64,000 bases of DNA from Leucoraja erinacea (taxonomy: Eukaryota): contig NC_073414.1 in assembly GCF_028641065.1 (NCBI RefSeq), positions 558,001-622,000 on the forward strand, given 5' to 3'. Positions within the stretch are counted from its first letter, which is position 1; every line of letters begins with the position of its first letter. Position numbers and translations under genes: made by a program. This document shows, piece by piece, positions 35,471-49,760 of this stretch. The notes beneath the pieces are model-generated. The model ran no database searches. It saw only the letters and a program-made list of their open reading frames with translations, and was not told where the DNA came from.

Positions 35471-38400
35471 TGAGGGTATTGGAGGTGGGGGGGTGAATGG
35501 GAGGGGGGGGGGGCGGTGGTGGGCAGGGATGAGAGGGGAGGGGGCACCGATTTGTGCCTGCCTTTGGGTGAAGGGGCGAGGTATTGCCGTTAAACCACAG
35601 GACTGAGGGACAGGCAGAGTTCAGCGATTTATCCCGCACACTCTTTGCCAGGAGTCTGGCCCAGCTCCTGTATCAAGCCAGCTCTGGTATGCACCAGTCT
35701 CTCCTTCACTTATTTTGTCTGCCAGCCCCTCTCTCACTGAAATTCTGGAAGATTGCAGTTGTTTCATTTTGTTTCTTCAACATTTGACGTAATTGACTCG
35801 ACACTTGTGTGTGTGACAACCTGTTACATGGATGGTACATTGGTTAAATTTATCAAAAAATACTCCCATCTAGATATTTAGTATCAATGCTCAAGCCAGC
35901 TTCCTATTATTTTCTGTTAACTCTGACCTTTTCTAAGTTACACTATTCATCTTGGTGTATATTTTGTCTTTTTCTGATTTTGTTGTACTTTCTGCTGCAC
36001 TGTCAGCCTTTAATTCAATGTGGTGTGTCATGAATAACTTCAGGGATTCTGTAAGATTGAATCCTAGAAGTTGTAGCTTTTGAGCAAAGTTTTTTGTAAA
36101 TGGGTGAGCACTTTAAATTGTAGGTGTTTAGTTTATTATTATCACGTGTACAGTGAAAAGCATTTTGTGGTGCGCTATCCTGTTAGTGAAAAGACAAGAC
36201 ATGATTACAATCAAGCCATCCGCAGTGTACAGATACAGGATAAAGGGTATAATGTTTAGTTGAAGATAAAGTCTGCTTAAAAATGGTTTGAAGGTCCTCA
36301 ATTAGGTAGATGGGAGTCAAGACCACTCTCCAGTTGGTGCGAGAACAGTTCAGTTGCCTGATAACAGTTGGGAAGAAACTGTCTCTGAATCTGGAGGTAG
36401 GCGTTTTCAAACTTCTGTACCTCGTCTGATGGTAGAGGGGAAAACGAGTGACTGGATGAGATCAGTCCTTGATTAAGCTGGTGGCCTTGCCAAGTTTTAA
36501 ATTGAAGAGTAATACAGTGTGAAAGTTGGATGCGGTGTTTTAAATAACGTTCAACGTATACAAAACCACGTGAATACTTTGAGGTTGACTGCAGCATGTG
36601 GGTTACTTGTTGTATTTCCCGCTGTTGCCTACGTGTGTGGATTCAACAATTTGTGAGAACTCTCCATGTGAAGGCTGCGTGATAATTACGTTCAACATTT
36701 TAGTGTTTTGCAGGGAAAACCATGAAATTATAATTTGTTCAGGATTTAGTGAATTTGAAATCAAATTTATGTCCAAACCAGAGCTGTTGCTGGGTGATGC
36801 CATGCCTTGCAATTTTGTAAATCACAAATAATTGGAGGTAGATTGTAAATCTTCCAGTATATTGCCTGAGCAGTGCTTGCCAATCTCCAAAGCTGCTGCT
36901 CATTTTCCATTTCTCGTGCCAACTGTCCCATGGCACTCCCGAGATAGTTCTATATTTCTATAGCTAAGTCGTGGATTGGTTTGAGCCTGAATTCCTGGTT
37001 ACCAAGAGTTGTTTGTAATTGTCCTAAACTTTGGTTTGATGTGGAATCCTTAGGCAAAGTTATTCTCTGGTTGAGTTTGATCTGGAATTGTAAAAGAAAA
37101 CTATTATTTAATAAGAGAGGATTAATTTAAATATCATTGCGCAAAGGATACATAGCTAATTTAGCTTCGACCTAACCCAAGTAGCCAAAATATCTGGTGG
37201 TGATGCCCCAAAATAGAAGGTGGGGAGAATGTCACAAATTTATTCATGGTGAAATTTATCATTGGATGATGGGCGGAGGCTAGGATGAAATTGTCTCTTA
37301 ACATTGCTCTTTATAAAACTTTAGTTTGGCATTGATATGGAGCCTTGGTGGTTTGCCTGGCATTTTTCTTCTCCACCCCTCATCTGAGGAGTCAAAGTGA
37401 GTTGTTGCATATTGAATTTTGTATGGCTCTGTAGCAGAATAGATCAATTTGGTCTGAAGAAGGGTCTCGTACCGCAACGTCATTCATTCCTTCTCTCTAT
37501 AGATGCTGCCTGTCCTGCTGAGTTACTCCAGCACTTTGTGTCTATCTTAGATCAATGTGGTAGTAGCTTTGAGTATCTAGTATGTTTCTTGCCGCATGTT
37601 CAGTTAATCAGGATTACAGGTGAATAAAAAGTTATTTGAAGGGTGATATTTTGGTCACATTTCAATATTGAACAAAATAATTTAAAAGTTAAAATTTTGA
37701 ATCTGCAGTGCGTGTTAGTAGTCAGATTCATTGATACGTTGGTAAAGAATGAGTGAAATGGTGGCAGGAAGACTAATGACTCTAGCACCCTGTCCAGAAG
37801 ATCACTAGTTGGATTTCTCAACCTGTAACATTGGCGTTGACAGCACCACAGTTTAGTCAGTGCAAGGTACGTCAAATTTCTGCTGCATTCTGCTGCTGCT
37901 GGGCCATTGCTGCACAGTGAATACAGAAACATGACCAATGTTCAAGACTTAGTTATTCAACATACAACTTAGATAGCATAGGCTTGGGAATTGTATTACA
38001 AACAAACACTTCTCTCCCCTCTCTCAAAATCCACATCCCAACACACTTCTTCCATTGAATAATTTGTGAAGTGCAGTCACTGTTGTGATATTGTAGTTAA
38101 TTACAGTGTTATGTTATCACATCGTTTTGCTGATGAGAGGCAAATGTTGACTAATGCCATAAGAACTCTATTAACCAAGTAAGGAGTTAGAGCGATCCTT
38201 GGTTTTGCATTTCAAATTGACAAGAGTCCCGTCAATACGTTGTTCCCTCTGTATCGCATTTAAGTCTTCAGAGTGGAATGGAATCTTTCTTGGGAGAGCT
38301 AGTCACTGATCGTCAACAATAGGAACAGAATATAAAGCTGCTTAAAGTTGAGCAACAGTATTGGTCTGACCCATGTTGCGATTAAAAGTCCAAATTGTGC

Positions 38401-39332
38401 AGGCTTGAAGTATACAAATGGATGTACAGGAATAGTAGATAAATCTGCCTTTTCCAATCAGGCACTTCACTTTGCTGCCTTTGTCCCCATTTTGGCTTGT
38501 GCTTCTTTCCTATTGCAGCACCTGTATTGAGCCCAGCAGCCTTGCCTGAACTCCCTTCAGTGGTTAGTCATCCTGCCGTGCAAAAAAATACCTGCGTCTG
38601 TCCTAAATCTGCACTTTGCAAATTTGAATCTTTGTTTCTACAGTGAAAATGTCCATTTTTGAGAGCAAAATAAACTTTGCTTCATCGCGGGGAGCTCAGT
38701 CAGTTTCCCTCTAGTAAACAAAGTTCACTCATAAACACGATGCTGGTGAACTTGAGACTAGATCGTTTTCTCCTGGGTCACAGTATTTTTTTAAATCGTT
38801 ACAAGGATGCTGAAATACATGTAGATTAGCAACATGGTGGGTAGATATGATAATTTAGATGGGAACATCTAAGTTAGATGTGTGTGTGCCATGAGTACCT
38901 TTCTGAAGATGTGCAGCTCCATGAACACCAACACATAGAACAACACTTTATGTGCAAGTGATGAATAAAACTGATATTGATATTGATACCCAGATATGTC
39001 AACAGTGGTTAATGTTCAGCCAATTAGCAACAAAAATACGTGATGGCCTGGGGAAAGGAATCAAGCTTGGTTCTGCTTGTTTTCTTGGACTGGAGCCTTC
39101 TAGTGTTTTAATTATTCTTTATTTAATGGAGGATTATTGATGCTGTCTGGGTAGCTAAGGTCCATGCAAGCTTATGATGGCTTGATTTGTATTTGGCACA
39201 GTTAGATTTCAATGCATAGATCCAGTTAGAGGTTGGAAGGTTTTTGTGTAGCTATACTGAGCATTTGTAATATTTTACTGCCTTCTCTTGCCTTGCTCCT
39301 GCCCCCAATAAATCTGTAGCAGGGAAGATTTA

Positions 39333-40450
39333 TAGAACATGGAACAGAACAGCACAAGAACGGGCACCAGCCCACAATATTTGTGCCGAGCATGCTGCCC
39401 GGTTAAACCGATCTCTTTTGCATGTACATGATCCATATCCCTCATCTTCTGTGTACCTATCTAAAAGCCTCTTAAACGCCTCTATTGTATCTGCCCACCA
39501 CTATCCCAGCAATGTGTTCCAGGCCCCATTATTCTATGCGAAAAAAACTTTCCCCATGAATCTCCATTAAACTTCCCCCCCCTCTCACCTCATAGCTGTG
39601 CCCTCTAGTGTTGGATATTTCCACCCTAGGAAAATCGTTCTGACTGTCTCCCCTACCTATACCTCTCATAATAATTTTAAGTATCTCTATTGTCTCCCCT
39701 CAACTTCTGACATTTCAGAGAAAACAATTCAAGTCTATCCAACCTCCCCCTGTGGTGGAAACCCTTTCATCCGGGCAATATTCTGGCAAGCCACTTCTGC
39801 ACCCTCAAGTCTCCACATCTTTCCTGTAATGGGACAACCAGAACTAAGTGCAATTCCTCATATGCATCCAGATGAAAGCCCTATTGAACTGCATCCTGAT
39901 TTCCTGACTCTTGTATTCAATGCACTTAGCTATTTGTACTGCCACCTTTAATGAGCTATGAACTTGGAGTCCAAGATCTCTCTGCACTTCAGTGCTGTGG
40001 AGGGTCTTGCCATTAACTATATACTCCCTCCCTTCATACGCTCTCCTGAATTGCAACACCCCAGACTTGCTCGAGTTAAACTCCATCTGCCATTTCTGCA
40101 GCTGATCTATATCCAGCTGTATCTTCTGACAGCGAACTTCCACACTGTCTGCAACTCCTGTTTTGGTGGCTTTAGCAAACATACTCACCAACCCATCTAC
40201 ATTTACGTCTTGGTCATTTATATCATTTACATACATACAGCAGAGATCCCAGCACAAAGCACCAGCCAGAATATCCTTTCACCGCAACCATTTGTCTTCT
40301 ATGAATATGCCAGTTCTGAATCCATACAACCAAGTCATCGTGAATTTCGTATATCTTATCTTCTCGATCAGCCTACCATGAGAGAACTTATCAGAAGCCT
40401 TTCTAAAATCCATGTATACAACATCCGCCACCCTACCTTCATCAATCTAT
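39333..40450 (-). mobile_element. CR1-type LINE, about 1.1 kb RT/3' fragment, degenerate
   Basis: Encodes YVNDIND..VDGLVSMFAKATK (decayed FADD region), WQMEFNSSK and VQRDLGLQVHSSLKVA, followed by the 3' UTR tail. Confidence 0.82.
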
Positions 40451-43400
40451 AGAAGTGAACATCTTTTCTCTGGATCAATAGCTTCAATTGGTTGTTAGAC
40501 TTCTTTCTTGTTTCTCAGTACCACAGCCTTTACAACGATGTCTGAAGAAGGGTCTCGACCCGAAACATCACCCATTCCTTCTCCAGAGATGCTGCCTGTC
40601 CCGCTGAAGTACTCCAGCATTTTGTGTCTACCTTCGATTTGAACCAGCATTTGCAGTTCTTTCCTACCTATTACAACGATGTGTTGAGCAGGTGATACTT
40701 GCTGCTTAGATACCCTGACAGCAGCCCTAACTGCAGGATTTGGGGAGGGCATTTAGAATGAGGGAGGGACGTTGCTGTAATGTCCACACCCTCCATAATT
40801 TTGTTTAGCCTGGTCAATTGCTTGTGGACAATAATAGGGTAATAATAGGGTGTAGGGTAATCTGGCTCCCTTTCAAAAATTGGGACTGTCTGCATTGACT
40901 GCCACGCTGGATCAGGGAGGAGAAAATAGGCTAGTGACTATTTCAGATACTTGTAACACGCAATGCACCACCAAATAGCCACACATGAGTATCTGCTTAT
41001 AAAATTCACATGGCTACCTGCTTGATAATTAGCTGTTTGATTACCTGTTTAAAATGACAAACTAATTTTCCATTCTTGGAACTTTTAGATACTTGATTGG
41101 AAATGTGTAATATGTTTTATTTTAGGGAGACCCATAACTTGTACTGCATTCCTACTGGTGCAGTAAGTCAAAGCATTGTGCACTCATTGATGTGTTTTTC
41201 CAAACTTGTTCAAATTTTCCATATTTCCTTACCAGGCATTTGGCCCGCTGAGCATTCCTGTTAGTCCAGTTTCCTCGCTTATTTCCCAATAACCTATATT
41301 CTTGACCATCAACTCCAATTCTCCTGCCACCTACCTACACTAGGGATAATTCAGAATTGCCATTTAATCTACTAACCAGCAAGTCTGTGGGATGTTGGAG
41401 GGAAGGGGAGCTGCTTGGGCAAAGCCACATAATAACAGAGAATAGAGGCTGTGTGGAGTTTACAGAGTGGCAACATGACTGACCGCTGTGCTACCCAAAC
41501 GATTGAAATTGACCAAAGATAAATGCAGGCAATTCACTTTGCTGGATGAGATGCGAACGTAGGTCGTAGTTTTATTTATTGCTCATTTCTAATTGCCCTT
41601 AAACTGAGTGGCATGCCATGCCCTTAGAAACGAGTCAGCCATGTTGTAGTTGGGTCTGGAATCTATCATTGGACCTGCAAATTTCTTTCTGTGAGATTTT
41701 ACTGAATTGGATTGTTGTAAAAAGCTATCTAGGAGTGTTACAGGTGCCTATTATTCCAGAATTTGAACTCCCCAGCTGCAATGGTGAAATTCAGTATTTC
41801 AGTGGTAATTGGTGGTACTCATGGGTATACAGTGCCTGTGTTACAGGACTTATACCTACTTAATTTACTGCAGCTCTCCTGCCCTGCTGAATCAAAGGCA
41901 GATGCATATTCTTACTTGGTTAAATGGTCAATTGTTTACAATTATCTGGTGAGTGCTGATTTTGTTTTGTGTCTACCATGGTCAGACTATTCAGTACGTC
42001 CATGCAAACAATTGCCTCACCTGCAGCGTTTTAAAACATTTCTCAAAAAATGTATGGGTCTGAAGAAAGAACGTGGATATTTGTTCTCTATCTTCTGGAC
42101 ATCCAGACTGTTGACGTTTCCTTTTAAATCGTCTACACGGACCAGTCAATTGCCTCAGACTAAGATTTAGCATCAATCTTTCTCAATCTGTAATTTGGTG
42201 CAATAACCCATTGTGTTCTTGACACATGGTCTGTAATACAGGTTACGTAACAACTGTGTAGATGATGTAAAGTAGTTTACTTATTAGGTAGTGTCTGTAG
42301 AAATGTCCAAGTTATGTCTTTGCAATTAAACTAAAGAATGTTTGCTGAGAGGTAGTGACTTTGAGTCCCTGCCTTCATTGAGTTTTCTTTTTACAGAAGT
42401 GTTGTAGGTTGTTGGTCTATAGAAATTGTTGATGTGGTATTGATTAGTGAATCTGGAGGGCAGGCTCACAGCATAGGAATAACTGAATGGGTAATTTATT
42501 CTGAAGAAGGGTCTTGACCCGAAACGTCACCCATTCCTTCTATCCAGAGATACTGCCTGTTCCACTGAGTTACACCAGCATTTTGTGTCTATGAACAGTT
42601 TATTACTGCAGTGTGTATGGCTTTCCTGTTCTTACAAAGATTCCACTCTGAATGAGACAATTTGAAGATCTGTCAAAATGGGACAGTTGCATGTGTTTAA
42701 GTTTTTTAAAGGTGGTTTAGTATTTTCTTCCACCCACACTGTAGTGCTTCTGTTTGGAATGATGTAGCTGTCCAAACAAACTGGGCAGTAGGAAATTTGC
42801 TGGTTGGTTTTGGGCAGTTCCTCGGTCAGGCGATTGAATTCAGGAGCTTTCATTGGAAACTACTCTATGGTTTGCTTGCTCTCCAGCGCCCTACATCCTC
42901 CCTCATACTACTGTCCTATTAGCTCCAGATATGTACCTTGGCACAGAAATAAATGGTCGGCTAGCTGCTTGGAGTACAGGAGCACATCATAGCCAAGTCT
43001 GATCACTGCCCCACAATCCCCTAACCCGTACCCCTGACCCACTTCCGTGAACCATGAAGCCAATTATAATACAGTACCTCAATTGTGACGGGGGTCAAAC
43101 ATTGAATCTCTTGGTCTATATAGTTTTGCCTGTTGTCTGAATAATTATGGGTTGTTGTACTATATTTTAAAGTTTAAATGAAATTCCTAATAACAATATA
43201 ACTGAAATAAAAGCAGGGATTTTTTTTTCTGTATGGTCAGCTCCATGATCAAATGTTTTGTTTCCTTTTGTGGCAACCCTATTGAAATGATTTCCACTTT
43301 GTGCAGCGTTCTCTCTGTATCCAGTATGTGCCAGCTCTGAGCGCGCTCTGAATGTTAATGAAGTCCAGATGTGGGTGGCTTTAGGAATGATGTCATACAT

Positions 43401-44231
43401 TGATGGAACTTCACTTCTTGGCTTAATAACAGCTCCAGATGGGGCTGGCTGGTGGATTGGGGAGGGGGGGGGGGGGGGGGGGTGAGTGCTGTGTGGGTTG
43501 GATTCTTTCAGGGGAAGCATTCCGATTATCAGACTGATGAGGTCTTTAAACTGGGTAATGCTGGAAGTGGGTGGGGTGAGAGAGAAAAGCTGAAAGCCGC
43601 ACAGAATGTCAGTGAACTGATTCAGATTATTTTCACTCTAGTTCCCTACTTTACATCCAGTAGTCTGAGAAAAGTGCAAGCATTTTCCAGGTGGCTGAAA
43701 ATTATTTAATGTTGTTCAGAATGGTGTTTGTAGATGCCTGGGATCAGATTGGAACGGAGACTGGCCGATGGGGAGGGGAGGAAAAGAAATATGGAAAGTT
43801 GCAGAAGAAGTACTCTTTAAATTGTATGTTTGGTATTTATTCATTTGTTGCCTTTTTTTGTCTTTTGATTTTAGTGACAACATGAAGCCCTAACTGCAAG
43901 AAACAAGGAAAAAAAACCTTAACGAATGCCAAGTTTACCACAGTCTGCTGTCAGAAGTTGCCTGAAGTTGTTTCTCTGTTCAGTTTCCAGTGTTGAGAGT
44001 AGTTCTCCCAGAGTATTGTATCTGGGGGGAGGGGGTGGGTGGGTGGGGGTGTGAGGCAAAGAAGTAGGAGAATATTTTGCAATCCCCCTCATTCAAAAAA
44101 AAGAATGTTTTGACAGAAAAGACACCAACTGTTTCAAAGACTACAGTCTTGCTGCCCGAACTGAAAACATGTGACATTCTCCTCTTGTGTTGGTGCCCGA
44201 AGAGAAGAGACCATCGTGCAGGCTTGCGATC

Positions 44232-44427
44232 ATGATGTTCCGGGATCAAGTTGGTGTGTTAGCTGGGTGGTTTAAGGGGTGGAATGAATGTGAACAGACT
44301 GTCGCCTTGCTGACTCTGCTGAAGAGGGTCAGTCGGACCCAGGCTCGATTTCTTCAGATTTGTTTGGAGCACTCGCTGGCCGATTGCACCGAGATCCACA
44401 TACTGGAGGGAGAGGCCAATGATGCTG
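44232..44427 (+). CDS. SAMD4B: Smaug homolog (SAMD4B-like), first coding exon (196 nt)
   Basis: [65 protein letters not shown] is the conserved SAMD4 N-terminus. Donor G|GTGAGT, phase 1. Confidence 0.93.
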
Positions 44428-45750
44428 GTGAGTCCTTCATGTGAAATGTGTGGAATTAAAATGTAATAGGTAAACTTTAATGAGGGCTGTTTGCAGGTCT
44501 TGTGTATTTTGCTGTGGTTATTACTGGGTGATTATTGTCAGTGGGCCTATTATAATAATGTTACTATTATATACTCAGACTAGTTAAAAATAGCTAGCTT
44601 TCCTAGTACTTTCCATTAATTAAACATGGGAGTTTCCTGACAAAGTTGTATTGCCCATGGTCAGTGAGCAGGATTTGTCATTGCTCCTGACTTGCTGGCT
44701 GACCCCATGTGCTGACTTTTAAACACGTCATTGTTACTTTCTCATTGCTTCATGGTCTTGCGCCTCCCTTTGTGACAGCCCTCAGATCTGAGCTCCATTA
44801 GTGCCATCTTGTTCTTTAATGAATCATCCTGTTCATACTTTCCACATTACAGGGACCCAATCCATAATTCCCTCAAATCTTTGCCATTACTTTCCTCTTC
44901 AGAATGTTCCTTTAAAACCTAACTTTGCCTAGACTTTTGGTCACTTGCTGTTTTATTTTTGATGGATTCTGTGACAGGCCTTAAGATCTTATTTCTTCAA
45001 TAATTGTTGTCTTTATATGGAATTCACAGAATCAATTTCTATATTGTGAAGCTGTTCTGAATGACAATGGTTTTTGTCGATTTTAGATGATTTGGATGCG
45101 CACAAAAGCATGTAAAAGGAACCAAAATTTATTTTTCATAAGTTTTAATTGCTAGTTTTGTCTGAACTAATGTAACTTATGTTTGCCATCTCCTGTGTCA
45201 TGATCTGATGTTTTTAACTATCAACAATGCTTAACCTAGAATGTTAGCTTTAAACATAATGTAAGAAAGACAAGAAAAACATTGTGTAAAATGAACCTAC
45301 CTACTCTTGGAGCTGAGTGTTAGTGTTAGATCCCTGGGTAGTAAATGGAGCCTTTATTCCTGCTTTGACCAGTTTATACAAAGGATTTTCAGCTTTCAAA
45401 ATATCCTATTTGAGCTTGTGGTGTTGGTATTTCTGTTGGAGTCGTTTTTTAATACTTGTGTCAAAAGGTTCCTTTAGTAAGATCTGGACTGCCTTGTTAC
45501 CTGTCACAGAGTGCAGCATTCAGCCACGTTAATGATAGTTATTTATAATATTTTATGTGATTATTGCAACAACTTAATTCGCTTTTCGGAAAAGGAAAAC
45601 AATATTTGATTGGAGCAGTGGACCATGATGGCACTTGCATGCTAACTGTAGATAATTACAAAGTCCTCAATTGTTGCTATTTGGGATGGGATTTTTTTTT
45701 GCAGAAGAGAACTAAACACATTTTTGCCGTACAAAATTGTTAGGCATTCA

Positions 45751-47387
45751 CAGTGCCCTCCATAATGTTTGGGACAAAGATCCATCATGTATTTATTTGC
45801 CTCTGTACTTCACAATTTGAGATTTGTACAATAAAAAATCATCGCATGTAGTTAAAATGCACATTGTCAGATTTTAATAAAGGGTGTTTTTATATATTTT
45901 GGTTTCACCATGTAGAAATTACAGCAGTGTTTATACATAGTCCCCCCATTTCAGGGCACCATAATGTTTGGGAGACAGCAATGTCATGTAAATTAAAGTA
46001 ATTATGTTCAGTATTTTGTTGCATAACCTTTGCATGCAATGACTGCTTGAAATCTGCGATTCATGGACATCACCAGTTGCTGGGTGTCTTCTTTGGTGAT
46101 GCTCTGCCAGGCCTGTATTGCAGCCATCTTTAGTTTATGCGTGTTTTGGGGGCTCGTACCCTTCAGTTTTCTCTTCAGCATATAAAAGGCATGCTCAATT
46201 GGGTTCAGTTTGGGTGATTGACTTGGCCACTCGAGAATTGACCATGTTTTAGTTTAGAAAACCTCCTTTGTTGCTATAGCAGTATGTTTGGGATCACTGT
46301 CTTGCTGTAGAATGAACTGTCGGCCAATGAGTTGAGGCATTTGTTTGAACTTGACAGATAGGATGTGTCTACACACTTCAGAATTAATTATCGTACTACC
46401 ATCAGCAGTTGTGTCATCAATGAAGATAAGTGAACCAGTACTTTCAGCAGCCATACATACCCAGGCCATAACACACCCACCACCATGTTTCACAGATGAA
46501 GTGGTATGCTTTGGATCTTGGGCAGTTCCTTCTCTCCTCTATACTTTGCTGTTGCCATCACTCTGATGCAAGTTAAGCTTCGCCTTATCTGTCCACAAGA
46601 CCTTTTTCCAGAACTGTGGTTGCTCTTTTAAGTACTTCTAGGCAAACTGTAACTGGGCCATCCTATTTTTGTGGCTAACCAGTGGTTTGCATCTTACATT
46701 GTATTTCTGTTCATGAAGTCTTCTGCGGACAGTGGTCATTGACAAATCCACACCTGATTCCTGAAGAGTGTTTCTGATCTGTCGGACATTTTTGGGGATT
46801 TTTCTTTATTATAGAGAGAATTCTTCTGTCATCAGCTGTAGAGGTCTTCCTTGGCCTGCCAGTCCCTTTGCTCACCAGTGCTCTCTTTCTTCTTAATGAC
46901 GTTCCAAACAGTTGATTTTGGTAAGCCTAAGTTTTAGCTGATATCTCAAACAGTTTTATTCTTGTTTCTCAGTCTTATAATGGCTTCTTTGACTTTCATT
47001 GGCACAACTTTGGTCCTCATGTTGATAAACAGCAATAAAAGTTTCCGAATATGATGTAAAGGCTGAAGGAAAGATTAGGTGCTGAGAGCTCTCTTATACC
47101 TGCATTAAGGAGGCAATTAAACACACCCGATCAATTACAAACACCTGTGAAGCCACGCGTCCCAAACATTATGGTGCCCTGAAATGGGGGGACTATATAT
47201 AAACACAGCTGTAATTTCTACATGGTGAAACCAAAATGTATACAAATTGCCTTTAATAAATTCTGACATTGTGCACTTAAACCACATGCGATTTTTTTTT
47301 TTTTTCCTTCCATTACAAATCTCAAATTGTGGAGTACAGAGGCAAATAAATGTTGGGTCTTTGTCCCTACCATTATGGAGGGGACTG
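45751..47387 (-). mobile_element. Full-length decayed Tc1-family DNA transposon (IR/DR type, DD34E)
   Basis: Terminal inverted repeats of about 225 bp start CAGTGCCCTCCATAATGTTTGGGAC and end CATTATGGAGGGGACTG, each with an inner direct repeat CCATAATGTTTGGGA. A disrupted transposase lies inside. Confidence 0.93.
46008..47020 (-). pseudogene. Tc1 transposase pseudogene
   Basis: Reads MRTKVVPMKVKEAII..., VLWTDKAKLN, KHGGGCVMAW, QQDSDPKHTA, WPSQSPKLNPIEH and KGYATKY*. There are 34 codons between the second D and E. Several stops and frameshifts. Confidence 0.9.
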
Positions 47388-49124
47388 TGTAACCACCAAA
47401 TTGAGACTTGTCATTTAATGGGCTGATGTATCCTTTGTATACAACGGGTCACTTGACAGCTGAAAAAAATAACGTCCTTAATGATTCAATTTAAGGTAGG
47501 GTCAAATTTTGTGGGTTCACCTGCACCCTCGTCTTTCTCCCACAAACTCTCAGCATAGTCTGATGGAAATAGCGTACTGTCAGAGGAATTCACCTCCAAG
47601 TGAAATGGTAAACCAAGACCTTGTGAATAGAAGATTGCATGGCGGCTCTGAGTTTTACTGGCCAAGAACTTTTCACTGAAAATACCAGGGAGGCCAGCCT
47701 GATTTTTATCCAAGTCTTGATATGCAAAGAGTCGCCACATAAAGGGCACCGACAAAGTTACAAAGTATTTAATTTTACACAAGCCATTTTTAACCAATCA
47801 CAGTTGTGATCCCAAGAGTCAAGAGTGTTTTATTGTCATATGTCCCAGATGGGACAATGAAATTCTTACTTGCTGCAGCACAACAGAATATGTGAATATG
47901 TAAACATAGTACATAATGTGGGAAGAGAAAAAAAAAGTTCAATAAATAACAAATATAGTGCAATAATAATAGTCTTTCGCAGCTTGTTCCCCATGCCAGG
48001 TTCTCCTTTGTTCTTCCTGTCCTCTCCCCCTCTCCTCGGCGGTTCCCCCACGCCGGATTCTCCTTTGTTCTCGGTAGCGCATTCGTCCTTTGGCACCCGC
48101 GTGTACACTGCGGAGGTGATATTTTATGGGGAAATTATTAGCTTGAGCTACTCTGCCAGATGTCTGGGGATGTGAACGGAGATAAATTTGTCGCATAGTT
48201 GCATGCATCTTCTGGCAGGTAGGAAAGGGGCATTTGATCATGCCTACTCCTCTCACAGACCCCCCCCCCCCCCCCCCCCCCCGCCATGGCCACAGCAATT
48301 GGGGAGTGGGTCACACAGAACAGAGAGCACTGAGCACTCTGATTCACAGAGGCCATTCTTGTCCTTTCCCACTCGTTCGCCCCAGTAACAAAGCAGAATC
48401 AGTTTTCAGTTTGGACCTTGGTTCTGTACATCAGCAGTCATCCAAACCACCAAAAGAACTATCCTTTTGTTTTAAGAAAAAGAACATGTCAACACTGAAC
48501 AGAATAGTCAATCTAAGAGGACTTTGTTGTAGTAACGGCTGTTTCTGCTGTACACAGTTGGGAAATGCCCATTGGGCATTGAGAATCTTCCTCCAGCAAG
48601 ACTGTGTCTCTGTATGCTGACAGGAACCAGTTCTTTATCCCAACCTCACAATGATCAAATACCTCATTTTTTGAAAATGCTGGCACGTCAGGTACTCTTC
48701 TGTTCCATTCAGTGAAACTGCCAGAATTGCAGTGTAACTTTGTTTATGCCCTTGACGTACAATATATTGGTACAAAGAGAGAATGCTGGAAGCACTTGGA
48801 CCAAGCGACATCCATGGGAAGGGAAATGATCAGTGTTCTGGGTCAATTCCCCTTTATCAAAGGGTGGTCGCCCTGAAGCTTCCAGCACTTTGTTATTCTT
48901 TGAATTCCATTCCATCAGTAGTTTTATTACACTGTATTGATCCCTGCCATAAATACTCACCAACCTGTCAACTCCAATATGATGCCCCAATAAGATTACT
49001 TTCATTATTCAACTCAGGAATATTGTTCCCTTTTTGTTCCTGTTCATTCTCTGTTTCTCACCCCTCCACGCGCACGCACAAAACCAACCTTTACATCATT
49101 AATTTTGCACTACAGCTTTTGTGA

Positions 49125-49760
49125 TTGCTTAGTTGTACAAGTTATTGGTGAGGTCACACTTGGATATTGTGTTCAGTTTTAGTCACCCAGTTGTAGGGAA
49201 GATGCCACTAAGCTGGAAAGTGTACAGAGAAACTTTATGAAGAGGTTCCCAGGTTTTGAAGGCCTGAGTTACAGGGTGAGGGAGGACATGATGGGACTTT
49301 CCTCCTTGGAGCACAAAAGGGTGATCTTATGCAGTGAAATAAAATCATGGAATAGATCATGATTCACTGGAATTTAGAAGGATGAGATATTCATAATATT
49401 CTTAAAGGATTGGACAGGCCAGATGCAGGAAAAATGTTCTCGATGTTGGGGGAGTCCAGAACCAGGGTTCGCAGTTTATGAACAAGGGGTCGGCCATTTA
49501 GGACTGAGATGAAGGAAAAACATTTTCACCCAGAGAGTTGTGAATCTATGGAACTCTCTGCCACAGAAGGCAGTGGAGACCAATTAACTGGATGTTTGCA
49601 AGAGAGTTAGATTTAGCTCTTAGGGCTAAAGGAATCAAGGAATATGGGGGAAAAGTAGGAACGAGGTACCAATTTTAGATCAGCCATGATCATATTGAAT
49701 GGCGGTGCTGGCTCGAAGGGCCAAATGGCCTACTGCAGCTATATTTCCATGTTTCTATGC
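49125..49760 (+). mobile_element. Composite CR1-type LINE 3' fragments
   Basis: Similar in sequence to the 51177 and 60741 copies; TTTCTATG tail. Confidence 0.75.

Noticed and set aside
34411-35547. 378-aa Pro/Gly/Arg-rich ORF and overlapping ORFs
   Set aside because: These are stop-poor GC-rich CpG island and minisatellite sequences with no recognisable protein.
44187-44231. N-terminal extension of SAMD4B suggested by the ORF track
   Set aside because: It starts at a non-ATG codon; the family N-terminus MMFRDQ begins at 44232.
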